From assembly GCA_913775595.1 (NCBI GenBank), contig CAJYLB010000001.1, positions 1,191,135-1,245,344 of the forward strand: a DNA stretch of 54,210 nucleotides, written 5' to 3'. The position numbers and the translations under genes are program-made. Within the stretch, counting starts at the first letter, position 1. The number at the start of each line of letters is the position of its first letter. The stretch is from an uncultured Aquiluna sp. GTDB lineage: Bacteria > Actinomycetota > Actinomycetes > Actinomycetales > Microbacteriaceae. The notes below the pieces were generated by a model, which did no database searches, was not told the origin of the DNA, and saw nothing but the letters and a program-made list of their open reading frames with translations. This document shows, one piece after another, positions 37,258 to 46,375 of the stretch.

Positions 37258-38027
37258 TAGAAGCTGTGGGCCTTGGCCCTTGCAAAGCGCATGAGAGAAG
37301 AAGACACAGAGCTAAAGGTGGTGTTTTGCAATCTGAGCCCAAGGAAGATCACGATGGTATTTGCAAGGCTTATCTGGCCTGCGATGCTCAGCACGATTAG
37401 CAGCACAAAGAGCAAGACCACTCCGGCGCTCGCTAGCAGGGTGCCAAATTCGGCCTGCTGGATTCTCGCACCTAGCCTCTCGGCCGGGGTGACAACCTCT
37501 TTCGCCCTTCGCTTTTGAACAAACCCGCGCTGAGTCTTGAATTGCCTTACGAACAGCACACCAATTACCTGCAGCAGCACCAGCAAGAACACCAGGTTGA
37601 TCGCGGCAAAGGTCAGATCGAGGAAGAAAAAGAAAGTCGCTATCACGAGCATCTGGGTAATGAACGAGAGCACGTTGACAAGCTCGAGCGCCATCGCCCA
37701 CTCCCAGCTCTCCTCGTTGGCAGTTTTTTCGCGCTCGCTTGCCCCAAAGCTCTTGTCAAAGAACTTCACCCGGTAGGTCTTTTGCAGGTAGTTGGCAACC
37801 CTGGTGGTGGTAAAGAGCAATGCAAATAAGACAACCGAGACGACAATCTGGGTGGTGCTCTGGCCAGAGCCAAAAACAACCAGGTCTGTAAACAGCTTCG
37901 CTACCAAAAGCTCGGTCACCGGTATTGCTGCGGCAATGAAAACAAGGAGTATTAGCTGCCAGCGGTATTTGCCCTTCGGGATCATTTGCCTGGAGGACTT
38001 CCATAGCAGCGAGGTCATACCTTTCAT
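37257..38027 (-). CDS. Multi-pass membrane protein (ABC transmembrane-domain-like) in the glycan operon
   Basis: About six TM helices separated by long charged helices; translationally coupled to its neighbours. Confidence 0.65.
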   Translation of the reverse strand: MKGMTSLLWKSSRQMIPKGKYRWQLILLVFIAAAIPVTELLVAKLFTDLVVFGSGQSTTQIVVSVVLFALLFTTTRVANYLQKTYRVKFFDKSFGASEREKTANEESWEWAMALELVNVLSFITQMLVIATFFFFLDLTFAAINLVFLLVLLQVIGVLFVRQFKTQRGFVQKRRAKEVVTPAERLGARIQQAEFGTLLASAGVVLLFVLLIVLSIAGQISLANTIVIFLGLRLQNTTFSSVSSSLMRFARAKAHSF

Positions 38028-39775
38028 GAGAGCACCTTATTGATTGCCAGCCTGAGGTGATTCTCCACCTCATCCATCTTTTGCTCGGAGACCTTGATCT
38101 CTTTGGCAAGCGAGCGAAGGTCAAGCTTTGTGAGATCAAGCGGCAAAGGTAGCGGGTTAGCGACCTCTACCCCTGCACCGAGCGCGTAGTCCTCGTATTT
38201 GATACCGCTACCGTGAACGTTTTCCTCGTAACCCTCAAAGGTCACCAGGCTGCAGGGGATGCCATAGGAGTGACAGGTGATCATCACGTGCATGGCTGAG
38301 GTGACCACGAAGTCATACTCATTCAGCGCCTGCACAAACTGTTCGATATCTTCCCTGCTAGACATCATGACCGAGAGCTCGTCTATGCCCTCTGGCAGCC
38401 TCAGCGGTATGGAGCTGTGAGAGAAGTGCCTAACCAATACGCCTCGGCCATTGGTCTTGGCTCTGGCAACCGGCAGGATCCGCGAGATAACCAGCCCTGG
38501 ATCCCCAAATGCTGCTACCTCTGGTCCTCCGGAGGCATTTAGAACCTTTGCGGTTATCGGCCCGCGAACCGAGACGTAGGTTGCTTTTTTGTTTAGCTCA
38601 ATGTCTTCGGTTGAGACTCCAGTACCAACAACCACGGAGCTCGAGCGAATGAACCTGCCAATAGAGCCAAGTGCCACAATGTGCTTCTTATTTGTTGGCT
38701 TCACGGGTGACTGGAGCATCACCTTGGCATTCGAGTAGTGAGCAAGAATCAGCGGCGAGAGCCAGTCACCAAAGTTTCCGGGGAAAGGCTTCGCCCACCA
38801 CATCAAACTCAGCTCTTTTTCGCCGCCTGTTGAGTAGTGCAAAAAGGAACTTGCGGCAGCAATGTTTGCAAGCTCTCCCTGCGAGGGCATGAACTTCTTC
38901 TCGAAAGCGCTCAGGGAGTTCTCAAAAAGCTGTCTGTCTCCTCGAAGGCCCCCAGCCATCATTTCGCCCAGGGCCTTGGAGCGCTCAGGATCAATGCCCT
39001 TTGCCTGGCCGGAGGTGAGAACGCCAGTTACGCCAGTGGAGTCCGCAATCCTGCGAAGCGGATTGCGAAGAGAATCGGGGAGGTTCTTTTCAAGCTTCTT
39101 AGCCTGCCGGAGCAGCTTGCGCTTTAGCCCAACCTGCTTACCTCCAGAGTGCTGGACCACCTTGTTTTTGAACTCTGCAACATTGCCAGAGCTACCAAAC
39201 ACAAAAAACGGCATGCGCTGACCTGGTTCCAAGGGAGTGCGGTCACGAACAATTTCGGTGGTCGGGATCATCTGGAAATTCAGCTGCCTGGCATTTGCCC
39301 TCCAGGCCTCTTCGAGAAAGTAGTCGTCCGTTGCCTTCACCTCAGCACGCTTTTCAAGCTCGTCGGCATCGACAATGAGCTTTCTTGCCTGAGAAGAGGT
39401 GCCAATGCCCCAGAAGCTTGGCTCCCAGAACCTAGTGCGGTTTCCATAGCCAATCTGCAACGGTGAGCCAAAGCTTCTCTGGAAACCAATTAGGTCGGCG
39501 GTGGAGTTTGCGATGTAATCAGGCAGGTAGTTGATCCTGCAATCAACATCGATCCAAAAGACCTTTTTATCGGGGTGCTTCTCACACACCGAGCGAATAA
39601 ACCCAATCTTGCGCCGTGTGGTGTCGGCCCAGTCTTCACCCGGTGCCTTTGTTATCTCCAGCAGCTCATGGGCTATGCCCAGACTGTCTAGTTGCTCCTT
39701 GAGCTCACGAGCGTGACCCCCGTAGTACTCATCGGGGGTGTAGAAGCTGCAGACAATAACGCTGGGGTTACTCAC
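38024..39775 (-). CDS. Fusion: N-terminal DxD glycosyltransferase-like domain + C-terminal polysaccharide pyruvyltransferase-like domain
   Basis: SFYT, WIDVDC in the N half; NFGDWLSP, VRGP, GDPG, TSAMH, SYGIP in the C half. Confidence 0.78.
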   Translation of the reverse strand: MSNPSVIVCSFYTPDEYYGGHARELKEQLDSLGIAHELLEITKAPGEDWADTTRRKIGFIRSVCEKHPDKKVFWIDVDCRINYLPDYIANSTADLIGFQRSFGSPLQIGYGNRTRFWEPSFWGIGTSSQARKLIVDADELEKRAEVKATDDYFLEEAWRANARQLNFQMIPTTEIVRDRTPLEPGQRMPFFVFGSSGNVAEFKNKVVQHSGGKQVGLKRKLLRQAKKLEKNLPDSLRNPLRRIADSTGVTGVLTSGQAKGIDPERSKALGEMMAGGLRGDRQLFENSLSAFEKKFMPSQGELANIAAASSFLHYSTGGEKELSLMWWAKPFPGNFGDWLSPLILAHYSNAKVMLQSPVKPTNKKHIVALGSIGRFIRSSSVVVGTGVSTEDIELNKKATYVSVRGPITAKVLNASGGPEVAAFGDPGLVISRILPVARAKTNGRGVLVRHFSHSSIPLRLPEGIDELSVMMSSREDIEQFVQALNEYDFVVTSAMHVMITCHSYGIPCSLVTFEGYEENVHGSGIKYEDYALGAGVEVANPLPLPLDLTKLDLRSLAKEIKVSEQKMDEVENHLRLAINKVLS

Positions 39776-39798
39776 GGGTAAAAACTACCAGTAGCGGG

Positions 39799-40737
39799 CT
39801 ATTTGGCCCCTCTTGCAAGCCCCCACCAAAAACCCAGGCCCCAGGCAAAGTGCATTGTTGGCAGCACAATCATCAGCCACAGCCTCGTGGCTGGCTTGAG
39901 CTCACCGGCATTCATGGCGGCAAAGGCAATTACAAGCAAGTACAAGGTAAAGGGCAAACCAAATAGCGATGCCAGCACCAACATTGGAGGCGCCCAGTAG
40001 CGGGCAGCAGACTCTCCCGGTGCCTCTCTGGTTAGCGCCCCCCGCCAGACACCGGTTGAGAAAAACTGCTTTGCAAGGGCCTGCCAGCTAGATCTCGGGT
40101 AATAAGTGACAGTGAGCCTCGGGTCAAACCAGATCTTTCCCCCGGCTTCTCTTAGCCGCTTGTTGAGCTCCCAGTCCTGGCCCCTAACCCACCTAGGGTC
40201 AAAGCCCCCTACCTTGTCTAACCAGCTGCGCTGGAAACAGCCAAGGTAGACGCTGTCGGCTTCGCCCGCTTTGGTGCCGACGTGAAACGCACCACCGCCA
40301 AGACCAATGCGGTTGTTGTAGCCATAGGCAACAGCTCTTTGAAACTCGGTCTTCCCCTCTGCAACCATCTTGCCGCCGACATTTGCCGCATTGGTCTCAG
40401 CGAGAATCTGGTGAGCAAGCTGGGCATAGCCCGCAGGCAGTGTGCTGTGGGCATCGACCCGGATGACCAGCTTGTACTTACTCTCAGCAATTGCCAGGTT
40501 GAGCCCTGTTGCAGTATCTCCACCCGGGTTATCGACAACCTTGAGTTGGGGGTAGGTCTTTGTTAGCCCCTGTGCAACCTCTGCAGTTTTGTCATGGCTT
40601 GGGCCAATGGCGAGCACCAGCTCGGTGTCTCCCTTGAACTCCTGTTGTAAAACGGCCCTAACGGCCTCGTCCAAATACTTCTCTTCGTTGCGCACCGGCA
40701 TCACGAAGCTGATGCCGGCTTTAGTTCTTGTGGACAT
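39799..40737 (-). CDS. Glycosyltransferase family 2 (ExoA-like)
   Basis: VMPVRNEE, RVDAH, GGFD, QDWELNKR. Confidence 0.88.
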   Translation of the reverse strand: MSTRTKAGISFVMPVRNEEKYLDEAVRAVLQQEFKGDTELVLAIGPSHDKTAEVAQGLTKTYPQLKVVDNPGGDTATGLNLAIAESKYKLVIRVDAHSTLPAGYAQLAHQILAETNAANVGGKMVAEGKTEFQRAVAYGYNNRIGLGGGAFHVGTKAGEADSVYLGCFQRSWLDKVGGFDPRWVRGQDWELNKRLREAGGKIWFDPRLTVTYYPRSSWQALAKQFFSTGVWRGALTREAPGESAARYWAPPMLVLASLFGLPFTLYLLVIAFAAMNAGELKPATRLWLMIVLPTMHFAWGLGFWWGLARGAK

Positions 40738-42043
40738 TTCTCCCTAGCGCAATAAGTCTCCAGCCAGCTCTCTGCCAGCTCTCAACATCGAGCACGTTCC
40801 TGGCATCAATAACGGTCTTTACTGCAACCGCTTTGCCTAGAACCTCAGGATCTAGCTCTTTATATTCTTTCCACTCAGTAGCCAGAACGACTAGTTCCTG
40901 GTCCCTAAAAGCAGCATCAAGAGCTCTAGCTCGCAGGAGCTCCGGATGTCTTTCTCCCAAAGCATCAAGAGCAACCGGGTCATGCACGCTAACCTCAGCG
41001 CCGGCTTTGGCTAGCCCCAGGGCAATGTCCAGTGCGGGGGAGTCCCGCATATCATCAGAGTCGGGTTTGAAGGCAAGGCCAAGAACCAAGATCTTTTTGC
41101 CTGGGAGAGCCCCGAGCTCCTCGTGGGCAACATCAATGACTCTTTGCCTTCGACGCTTATTGATTTGGTCGACTTGACCGAGGAAGCCAACGGCTTCACC
41201 CACGCCAAGCTCCTCAGCCCTGGCTGCAAAGCCGCGAATGTCCTTTGGCAAGCACCCGCCACCAAACCCAGCACCGGTCCGGAGGAACTTGTTGCCAATG
41301 CGCTCGTCATAGCCAATGGCCTTGGCGAGCATCACCGCATCTGCACCCGAGGCCTCAGCGACCTCGGCCATGCCATTAATGAAACTGATCTTGGTAGCGA
41401 GGAAGGCATTGGCCGCAACCTTTACTAGCTCCGCTGTCTCAAGGTCGGTCTCAATCACTGGCACGCCACTTGTTATCAAACTCTCGTAGCAACTAAGCAA
41501 CACTTTGTTTGCTCTTTTGTCGGAAGTATTCGCACTGCCAACAACGATGCGGTCCGGCTTCAGAGAATCCTCAAAAGCTGTTCCCTCGCGAAGGAACTCT
41601 GGGTTCCAGGCAAGCAACACCTCGAAGCCGCAAGCCTCGCTCATCTGGCGCTGCAGCTCTCTTGCTGTCCCTACTGGCACCGTTGACTTACCTGCAACAA
41701 CCGTCTCTGGGCTAATTACCGCTGCAAGCTCCAGGCCTGCTGCAAAAACATAAGAGGTGTCGGCCTTGCCGGTGTCATCGGCCTGGGGCGTCCCGACGCA
41801 AAGAAAATAAAGCTCGCACAGCTCAGCGTCTTTGGGGCTGGCTGCAAAGCTCAAGCTTCCAGAGTCAATGACCTGGGTTAGGGCACTCTCTAGTCCGGGC
41901 TCAAAAAAGGGCAGCTTGCCAGCTGACAGCGCCTCTAGGCGATCGGAGCTGCGCTCAAAGCCAACAACCTCATGGCCAAGCTTGGCCATGGCAACGGCGT
42001 GAGTAGCTCCCAGGTAGCCAAGGCCAATAACGCCAACTCTCAT
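40721..42043 (-). CDS. ugd: UDP-glucose 6-dehydrogenase
   Basis: GLGYLG, CVGTP, KSTVPVGT, NPEFLREG, GFGGGCLPKD, FKP.SDDMR; start at ATG 42043. Confidence 0.93.
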   Translation of the reverse strand: MRVGVIGLGYLGATHAVAMAKLGHEVVGFERSSDRLEALSAGKLPFFEPGLESALTQVIDSGSLSFAASPKDAELCELYFLCVGTPQADDTGKADTSYVFAAGLELAAVISPETVVAGKSTVPVGTARELQRQMSEACGFEVLLAWNPEFLREGTAFEDSLKPDRIVVGSANTSDKRANKVLLSCYESLITSGVPVIETDLETAELVKVAANAFLATKISFINGMAEVAEASGADAVMLAKAIGYDERIGNKFLRTGAGFGGGCLPKDIRGFAARAEELGVGEAVGFLGQVDQINKRRRQRVIDVAHEELGALPGKKILVLGLAFKPDSDDMRDSPALDIALGLAKAGAEVSVHDPVALDALGERHPELLRARALDAAFRDQELVVLATEWKEYKELDPEVLGKAVAVKTVIDARNVLDVESWQRAGWRLIALGRNVHKN

Positions 42044-42114
42044 AAGCAACAGCCTAGGAGCTTTGAGATGACTAGCTGCGTGTTTGGCAGGTGGCCAAAA
42101 AGTGAAGTTAAACG

Positions 42115-42157
42115 AAAAAAGGCCCCGAGCCTGCGAATTCGTTCAGTCTCGAAACCT
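42115..42157 (-). terminator. Intrinsic-terminator-like hairpin on the minus strand, ~70 nt upstream of ugd
   Basis: AGGTTTCGAG/CTCGGGGCCT stem (GU pairs work only on the minus strand) followed by a U-tract. Confidence 0.55.
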
Positions 42158-42339
42158 TTTTCGTTGTTACGTGTACTAGCAGAAGGCTTGGTTTCAACTG
42201 CCTGACATCTTTAGGTAACTGGCGAAGGTCCGTTTTTGTTACGGCAAGAGCAAAAAACACTGGTTTTTTGCGAAAAGAATTAATCAGAAATCTCCGTACA
42301 AGCCGTAATGTCCGTACAGATTGTCCGTTAGCCTAGAGA

Positions 42340-42421
42340 TGTAAGAGTGTGCTATCTCCTGCTTGGTTGGAGGTATCTCGCTCTTGCAGCCTGCTGTCCC
42401 TATGGCAGTGGGTAAACCAAG
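42340..42421 (+). ncRNA. Structured 5' leader RNA, copy 1 (two hairpins plus pseudoknot)
   Basis: Homologous to 46376-46457 with compensatory base changes; see findings. Confidence 0.7.
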
Positions 42422-42435
42422 AAAGAAAGAGACAT

Positions 42436-45162
42436 ATGTCTAAAGCAACTCGTAAAGCACTTGCCATTGGTGCAGGTGCCGCGCTAGGTGCATCTTCTCT
42501 GATTGGACTGCCGGCCCAGGCTGCTGCGTTCGATCTAGAAATTGCCTACGCAGAAGGTAGCAATGCCTCTGTCTTCAACTCAGACACAATGGAAATCGAC
42601 ATCACCCAGGCGGGATTGATTGCCGATGCACTGGCACACGATTCGTTTGCCATTGTTATCTCTAACCCAGATAGCGCCAACCTCCTGGTGGACTTCACCG
42701 GAACTGGCGCTGTTGGTGCCGAGACATTTTCCGTTCTGATGGTTGATGCAGATGGTAACGCTGAGGCCGCTGCGGGTCAGACCCGTGCTGGTGACGGTAT
42801 TGCAGAGGGAACCGCTGAGGCGTTGACCTTCGCAACTGGTGACGCCGTTCTTGCAGTCCTCTACGACTTCAAGGACAATGTTGCCGCTGACCAGGTTCCA
42901 GACTCAATCAAGATCTCCCGTGCCGCAGCTGATGATGACTACGGCGACGACGGAGCCTCGATTTCGGTCTACACCTACTACGACTCTGACCGCGATTTCA
43001 CCGACCAGGATGACACCGGTAAGAGCAACGTCCTAGACGTTAACTTCGTTGACCCAGCAACCGTAAGCGTTGTTATGAAGGCCACCAGGGTTGTAGCTGA
43101 CGGCGCCACCTACCTAAACGAGAACGACTCTGCAAACCTTGCAGCCCTTGTTCGCTTCTCGAACTCCGACATCAACTTAGACACAATCGACTGGACTCAG
43201 TGGCAGTGGCAGGTCAACACCGACGGTGCTGACGTAGCTGCGGACAATGACATTGCTCCAGGCGAAGACTTTGTTGATGGCTTCACATCACATGATGCAT
43301 ACGGCCAGGCGATCCTGACCTTTGGTACCAACACCGCCCTTGCTGGAGCTAAGAGCTACCAGCTGCAGGCTAACTATGACGGTCAGACCAAGCTGTTCTC
43401 AGCCGCTGCCTTCAAGGTAGTTGAGGCTTCAAACGCAGGTGCTGACGGCATCGCGATTGAACTGACCGACTCTGCCAACCTGCTTGACAACGGTGCTGGT
43501 GATGTGGACGTACGTCCAGGTGCCACTTCAGTGCCGATGACCGTTCAGATTGACGACGGTGGAGTTGACCTAGCTGTTGCAAACCAGCCGGTAGTAGTTA
43601 CTCTTACCTCAGTTGCTGGAACCCACAGCCTGTCAGGCGTTTCGGGATCAGCTGCAGCTGGTAAGTCCCTTACCTACAGCACGCTGACCAACGAAGATGG
43701 CCAGGTTGAACTAACCGTTACCAGCTCTGCAGCTCTAGGTGATTCATACACCGTAGAGGCATACCTGCTGGACACCAACGGTGACGAGATTGCCTCAGAC
43801 CAGGCTCAGACAGTTGTTTACACTGCTGCTGCACTGACCTCATGGGCAACCAACACCACTGTTGCTACCGGTTCATCTGTCACCATCACTGCCTCCATCG
43901 AGGACCAGTACGGTGAGCCAATGAGCACTGACAACACCGGCAAGGCAATCTCGGTTGGATTCATCGCAACCGACGCAACTGACCTTGACGAGTATGTTGC
44001 AGTTTCCGGTGGTTCCGCATCTGTAACCTTCGCCAACTTCCTAGTTGACGGCGACAGCGACGTGCTGACCGTTTCTGCACACACTGGTGCAGAGGACGAC
44101 CGCACCAACCTAAATGGCACCCTCTCTGACATCACAGTAACTCTGTATGCAGAGCTAGAGGTTGCCGGTGTAACCACCAATGCAGCTGAGTACTCAGCCA
44201 CCGTCGGATACTCCGACTTTGGTAACGACGTAACCTCAGCTGACGGTACCGCTGCAAGCGTTTCGGGATCTGTCATTGACTCTGTCGGTGCAGGTGTACC
44301 TGGTGCTTCGGTAACCGTCTCCGGTGCAGGCCTTCAGTTCAACGAGGGCAGCAACTGGGCTGTTGGTTCACACACCTTCAACGCAGATGAGGCCGGTGCC
44401 TTCTCCGTTGACGTTTACACCCACCTAGCTGATGACACGACCATGACAATCACCTCTGGTGGTAAGTCAACGACCGTAACCATTGCTGGTGCTCTAAACG
44501 ATGGTGGTGGCGCAGTTTCAGCAGCAGACCTAGTACTGAGCTGGAACCTAGCTGAGGTTGTCATGTACAACACCACTTACCGCGTTGACGCAACCGTAAC
44601 CGACGTATGGGGTAACGCAATTCCTAACGCAGAGGTAACCTTCGCAGGAGAGGCTGCAGCGCAGTTCAACAGCGCAGCTTCTGTTGCAAAGAACACCAAC
44701 GCATCAGGTGTCGCAACCGCATACCTACGTTCGTTGACCGATGTTTCGGGTCTGGCAGCTGTGTCTGTCACTCTGTCTGACAACATCGACTTCGACGGTG
44801 CTGGTGGAGCAAACGTTACTGACGTAGGCGACACCTTCACTGACGACGCGACCACCAGCTGGGACGAGTCAGCAGCAACTGACGTCATCACTGCAGAGGT
44901 TGACTTCCTAACCTCAGCTCCAGCTGCTGCAGCTGACACCAAGGTCAACGCTGGTTCCTTCAAGGGCTACGTTGCAATCTACGCAAAGGGTCACGAGGGC
45001 AAGCGCCTAAGTGCCAAGGTTGGAGCAGACTGGGTAGTAGTACCTGTTCTGGCCTCAAACTTCGAGCGCGTAGTTGAGTTCACAGGCGCTGGTTACACCA
45101 TCGCGGTTCGTATCTACATCGACCGCGTATTGGTAGACACCATCACCGTAACTACCAAGTAA
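42436..45162 (+). CDS. Large secreted acidic Ala/Thr/Asp/Val-rich surface (S-layer-like) protein, paralog 1
   Basis: Signal peptide (AQA), ~908 aa beta-rich and Cys-free, basic C-terminal domain, strong terminator; start at ATG 42436 after a purine-rich RBS. Confidence 0.75.
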   Translation: MSKATRKALAIGAGAALGASSLIGLPAQAAAFDLEIAYAEGSNASVFNSDTMEIDITQAGLIADALAHDSFAIVISNPDSANLLVDFTGTGAVGAETFSVLMVDADGNAEAAAGQTRAGDGIAEGTAEALTFATGDAVLAVLYDFKDNVAADQVPDSIKISRAAADDDYGDDGASISVYTYYDSDRDFTDQDDTGKSNVLDVNFVDPATVSVVMKATRVVADGATYLNENDSANLAALVRFSNSDINLDTIDWTQWQWQVNTDGADVAADNDIAPGEDFVDGFTSHDAYGQAILTFGTNTALAGAKSYQLQANYDGQTKLFSAAAFKVVEASNAGADGIAIELTDSANLLDNGAGDVDVRPGATSVPMTVQIDDGGVDLAVANQPVVVTLTSVAGTHSLSGVSGSAAAGKSLTYSTLTNEDGQVELTVTSSAALGDSYTVEAYLLDTNGDEIASDQAQTVVYTAAALTSWATNTTVATGSSVTITASIEDQYGEPMSTDNTGKAISVGFIATDATDLDEYVAVSGGSASVTFANFLVDGDSDVLTVSAHTGAEDDRTNLNGTLSDITVTLYAELEVAGVTTNAAEYSATVGYSDFGNDVTSADGTAASVSGSVIDSVGAGVPGASVTVSGAGLQFNEGSNWAVGSHTFNADEAGAFSVDVYTHLADDTTMTITSGGKSTTVTIAGALNDGGGAVSAADLVLSWNLAEVVMYNTTYRVDATVTDVWGNAIPNAEVTFAGEAAAQFNSAASVAKNTNASGVATAYLRSLTDVSGLAAVSVTLSDNIDFDGAGGANVTDVGDTFTDDATTSWDESAATDVITAEVDFLTSAPAAAADTKVNAGSFKGYVAIYAKGHEGKRLSAKVGADWVVVPVLASNFERVVEFTGAGYTIAVRIYIDRVLVDTITVTTK
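44941..45162 (+). repeat. 222-bp direct repeat (3' end of paralog 1), second copy at 49007-49228
   Basis: Manual alignment gives 203/222 identical, with the first 50 nt identical. Confidence 0.9.
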
Positions 45163-45193
45163 CGTTGTTCTAGGAACTAACTAAGAACTAACC

Positions 45194-45227
45194 ACTAACC
45201 CCCCTAGGGAAACCTAGGGGGGTTAGT
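45194..45227 (+). terminator. Terminator hairpin after paralog 1
   Basis: Perfect 15-bp stem ACTAACCCCCCTAGG-GAAA-CCTAGGGGGGTTAGT. Confidence 0.85.
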
Positions 45228-45391
45228 CATTTCCAGGGCGCATTGTCCGGCAATAGAGTGCAATGCCGTAGCTGAGGCTGACTCAATTTTCGATCATTGA
45301 GCCTACTGTTCCTAAGCCAATTTTTTTGAGACCAAACTGCTGCTTTGTGCGGCACCACTTGCAAGCCTAGGAGTGCCTATTCGACAACTAA

Positions 45392-45414
45392 CCCCCCTGG
45401 AAAACCCAGGGGGG
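45392..45414 (-). terminator. Hairpin downstream of the luxR-like gene
   Basis: CCCCCCTGG-AAAAC-CCAGGGGGG, 21 nt past the stop codon. Confidence 0.6.
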
Positions 45415-45435
45415 CAAGTCGTCTCTTGGAGCTAG

Positions 45436-46143
45436 TCAGACCGTATGGGTCTCTTGGGGAATCGACCCCATAGCTTTAGCCTTGATAGCTGCTTGTTGCC
45501 TATTGGCAACACCAAGAGACCTAAAAATCTTCACCGTTTCCTGTTTGATTGAAGACTCGCTCAGGATGAGCTCATTTGCAATTTGAAGGTTTGTCTTCCC
45601 CATTCCAATGCCCATGAGGATTTTGAGTTGTCTCTCTGTCAAAGGCTCGTTGGTAGCGCTTCTCTTTACCTGTTCAAGTGGACCAAACCCAGCAGAAGCT
45701 ACAAACAGACCAAGGCTTAGGTAGTAGGCCTGCTCCATTTTTGTCTCCATTTCAAATTCTTCGGTGCCGCCTTTGCCTTTCTCAAGGATTGTCAAGATGA
45801 CTCCGTTGACAACGTCTGCCTTGATAGCTGGGCATGCCTGCACATCTACCTCTTCGTTGAGAGATCTCCTAGCGACGCGGCGAGTCTTGATCGCCTCAGC
45901 AAGCACTGAGTCATCGAATGAGCTGAACTCCTTTGTGTCTTCAAATGGGTATTGGCCGTAGCCACCCATGAGCTGCAAGGTACCTGTCGAGGAGAGGAGA
46001 AACAGGTGATTGCCGCGCATACCTACTCCGAGAACGGTGTCGAGAGTAAGGCGCCTGCAGTAGTCATGAGGAGTCGAGGACCTGTTCAATAGGTCGATAG
46101 CCGGGAGGTCCCAACCCCCTTTTAGCTCTTTAGTTGCACTCAT
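45436..46143 (-). CDS. LuxR-family HTH transcriptional regulator with an N-terminal sensor (GAF-like) domain
   Basis: LTERQLKIL...GKTNLQIANELILSESSIKQ...LGVANR; ATG 46143 after GAGGGG. Confidence 0.85.
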   Translation of the reverse strand: MSATKELKGGWDLPAIDLLNRSSTPHDYCRRLTLDTVLGVGMRGNHLFLLSSTGTLQLMGGYGQYPFEDTKEFSSFDDSVLAEAIKTRRVARRSLNEEVDVQACPAIKADVVNGVILTILEKGKGGTEEFEMETKMEQAYYLSLGLFVASAGFGPLEQVKRSATNEPLTERQLKILMGIGMGKTNLQIANELILSESSIKQETVKIFRSLGVANRQQAAIKAKAMGSIPQETHTV

Positions 46144-46375
46144 AATCAATCCCCTCGTTTACAACAGTCCCCCAGCCTGCCCTAGCGCTTGCCCAAAAAA
46201 AAGGGGGGGAGGGGTATCTGCTTTGTACTTTTATACGACTGTAAACGGACAATAAGACCAAAGAAACCACAATCCTGTCCCCCGTTTTGGGTTATACGGA
46301 CAGACAATTGGACATCTAGTACAGACCACGGCACCCCCTAGTAACTTCTAGCCGTCCTCGCTGGTTATCTAGCTT

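Noticed and set aside
42349..42435. Conserved 29-aa N-terminal extension (MLSPAWL...QERKRH) predicted on both S-layer-like ORFs (also 46385-46471)
   Set aside because: The substitutions are mostly non-synonymous but preserve base pairing, the RBS sits just before the ATG at 42436/46472, and the signal peptide starts there. The conservation is at RNA level, not protein level.
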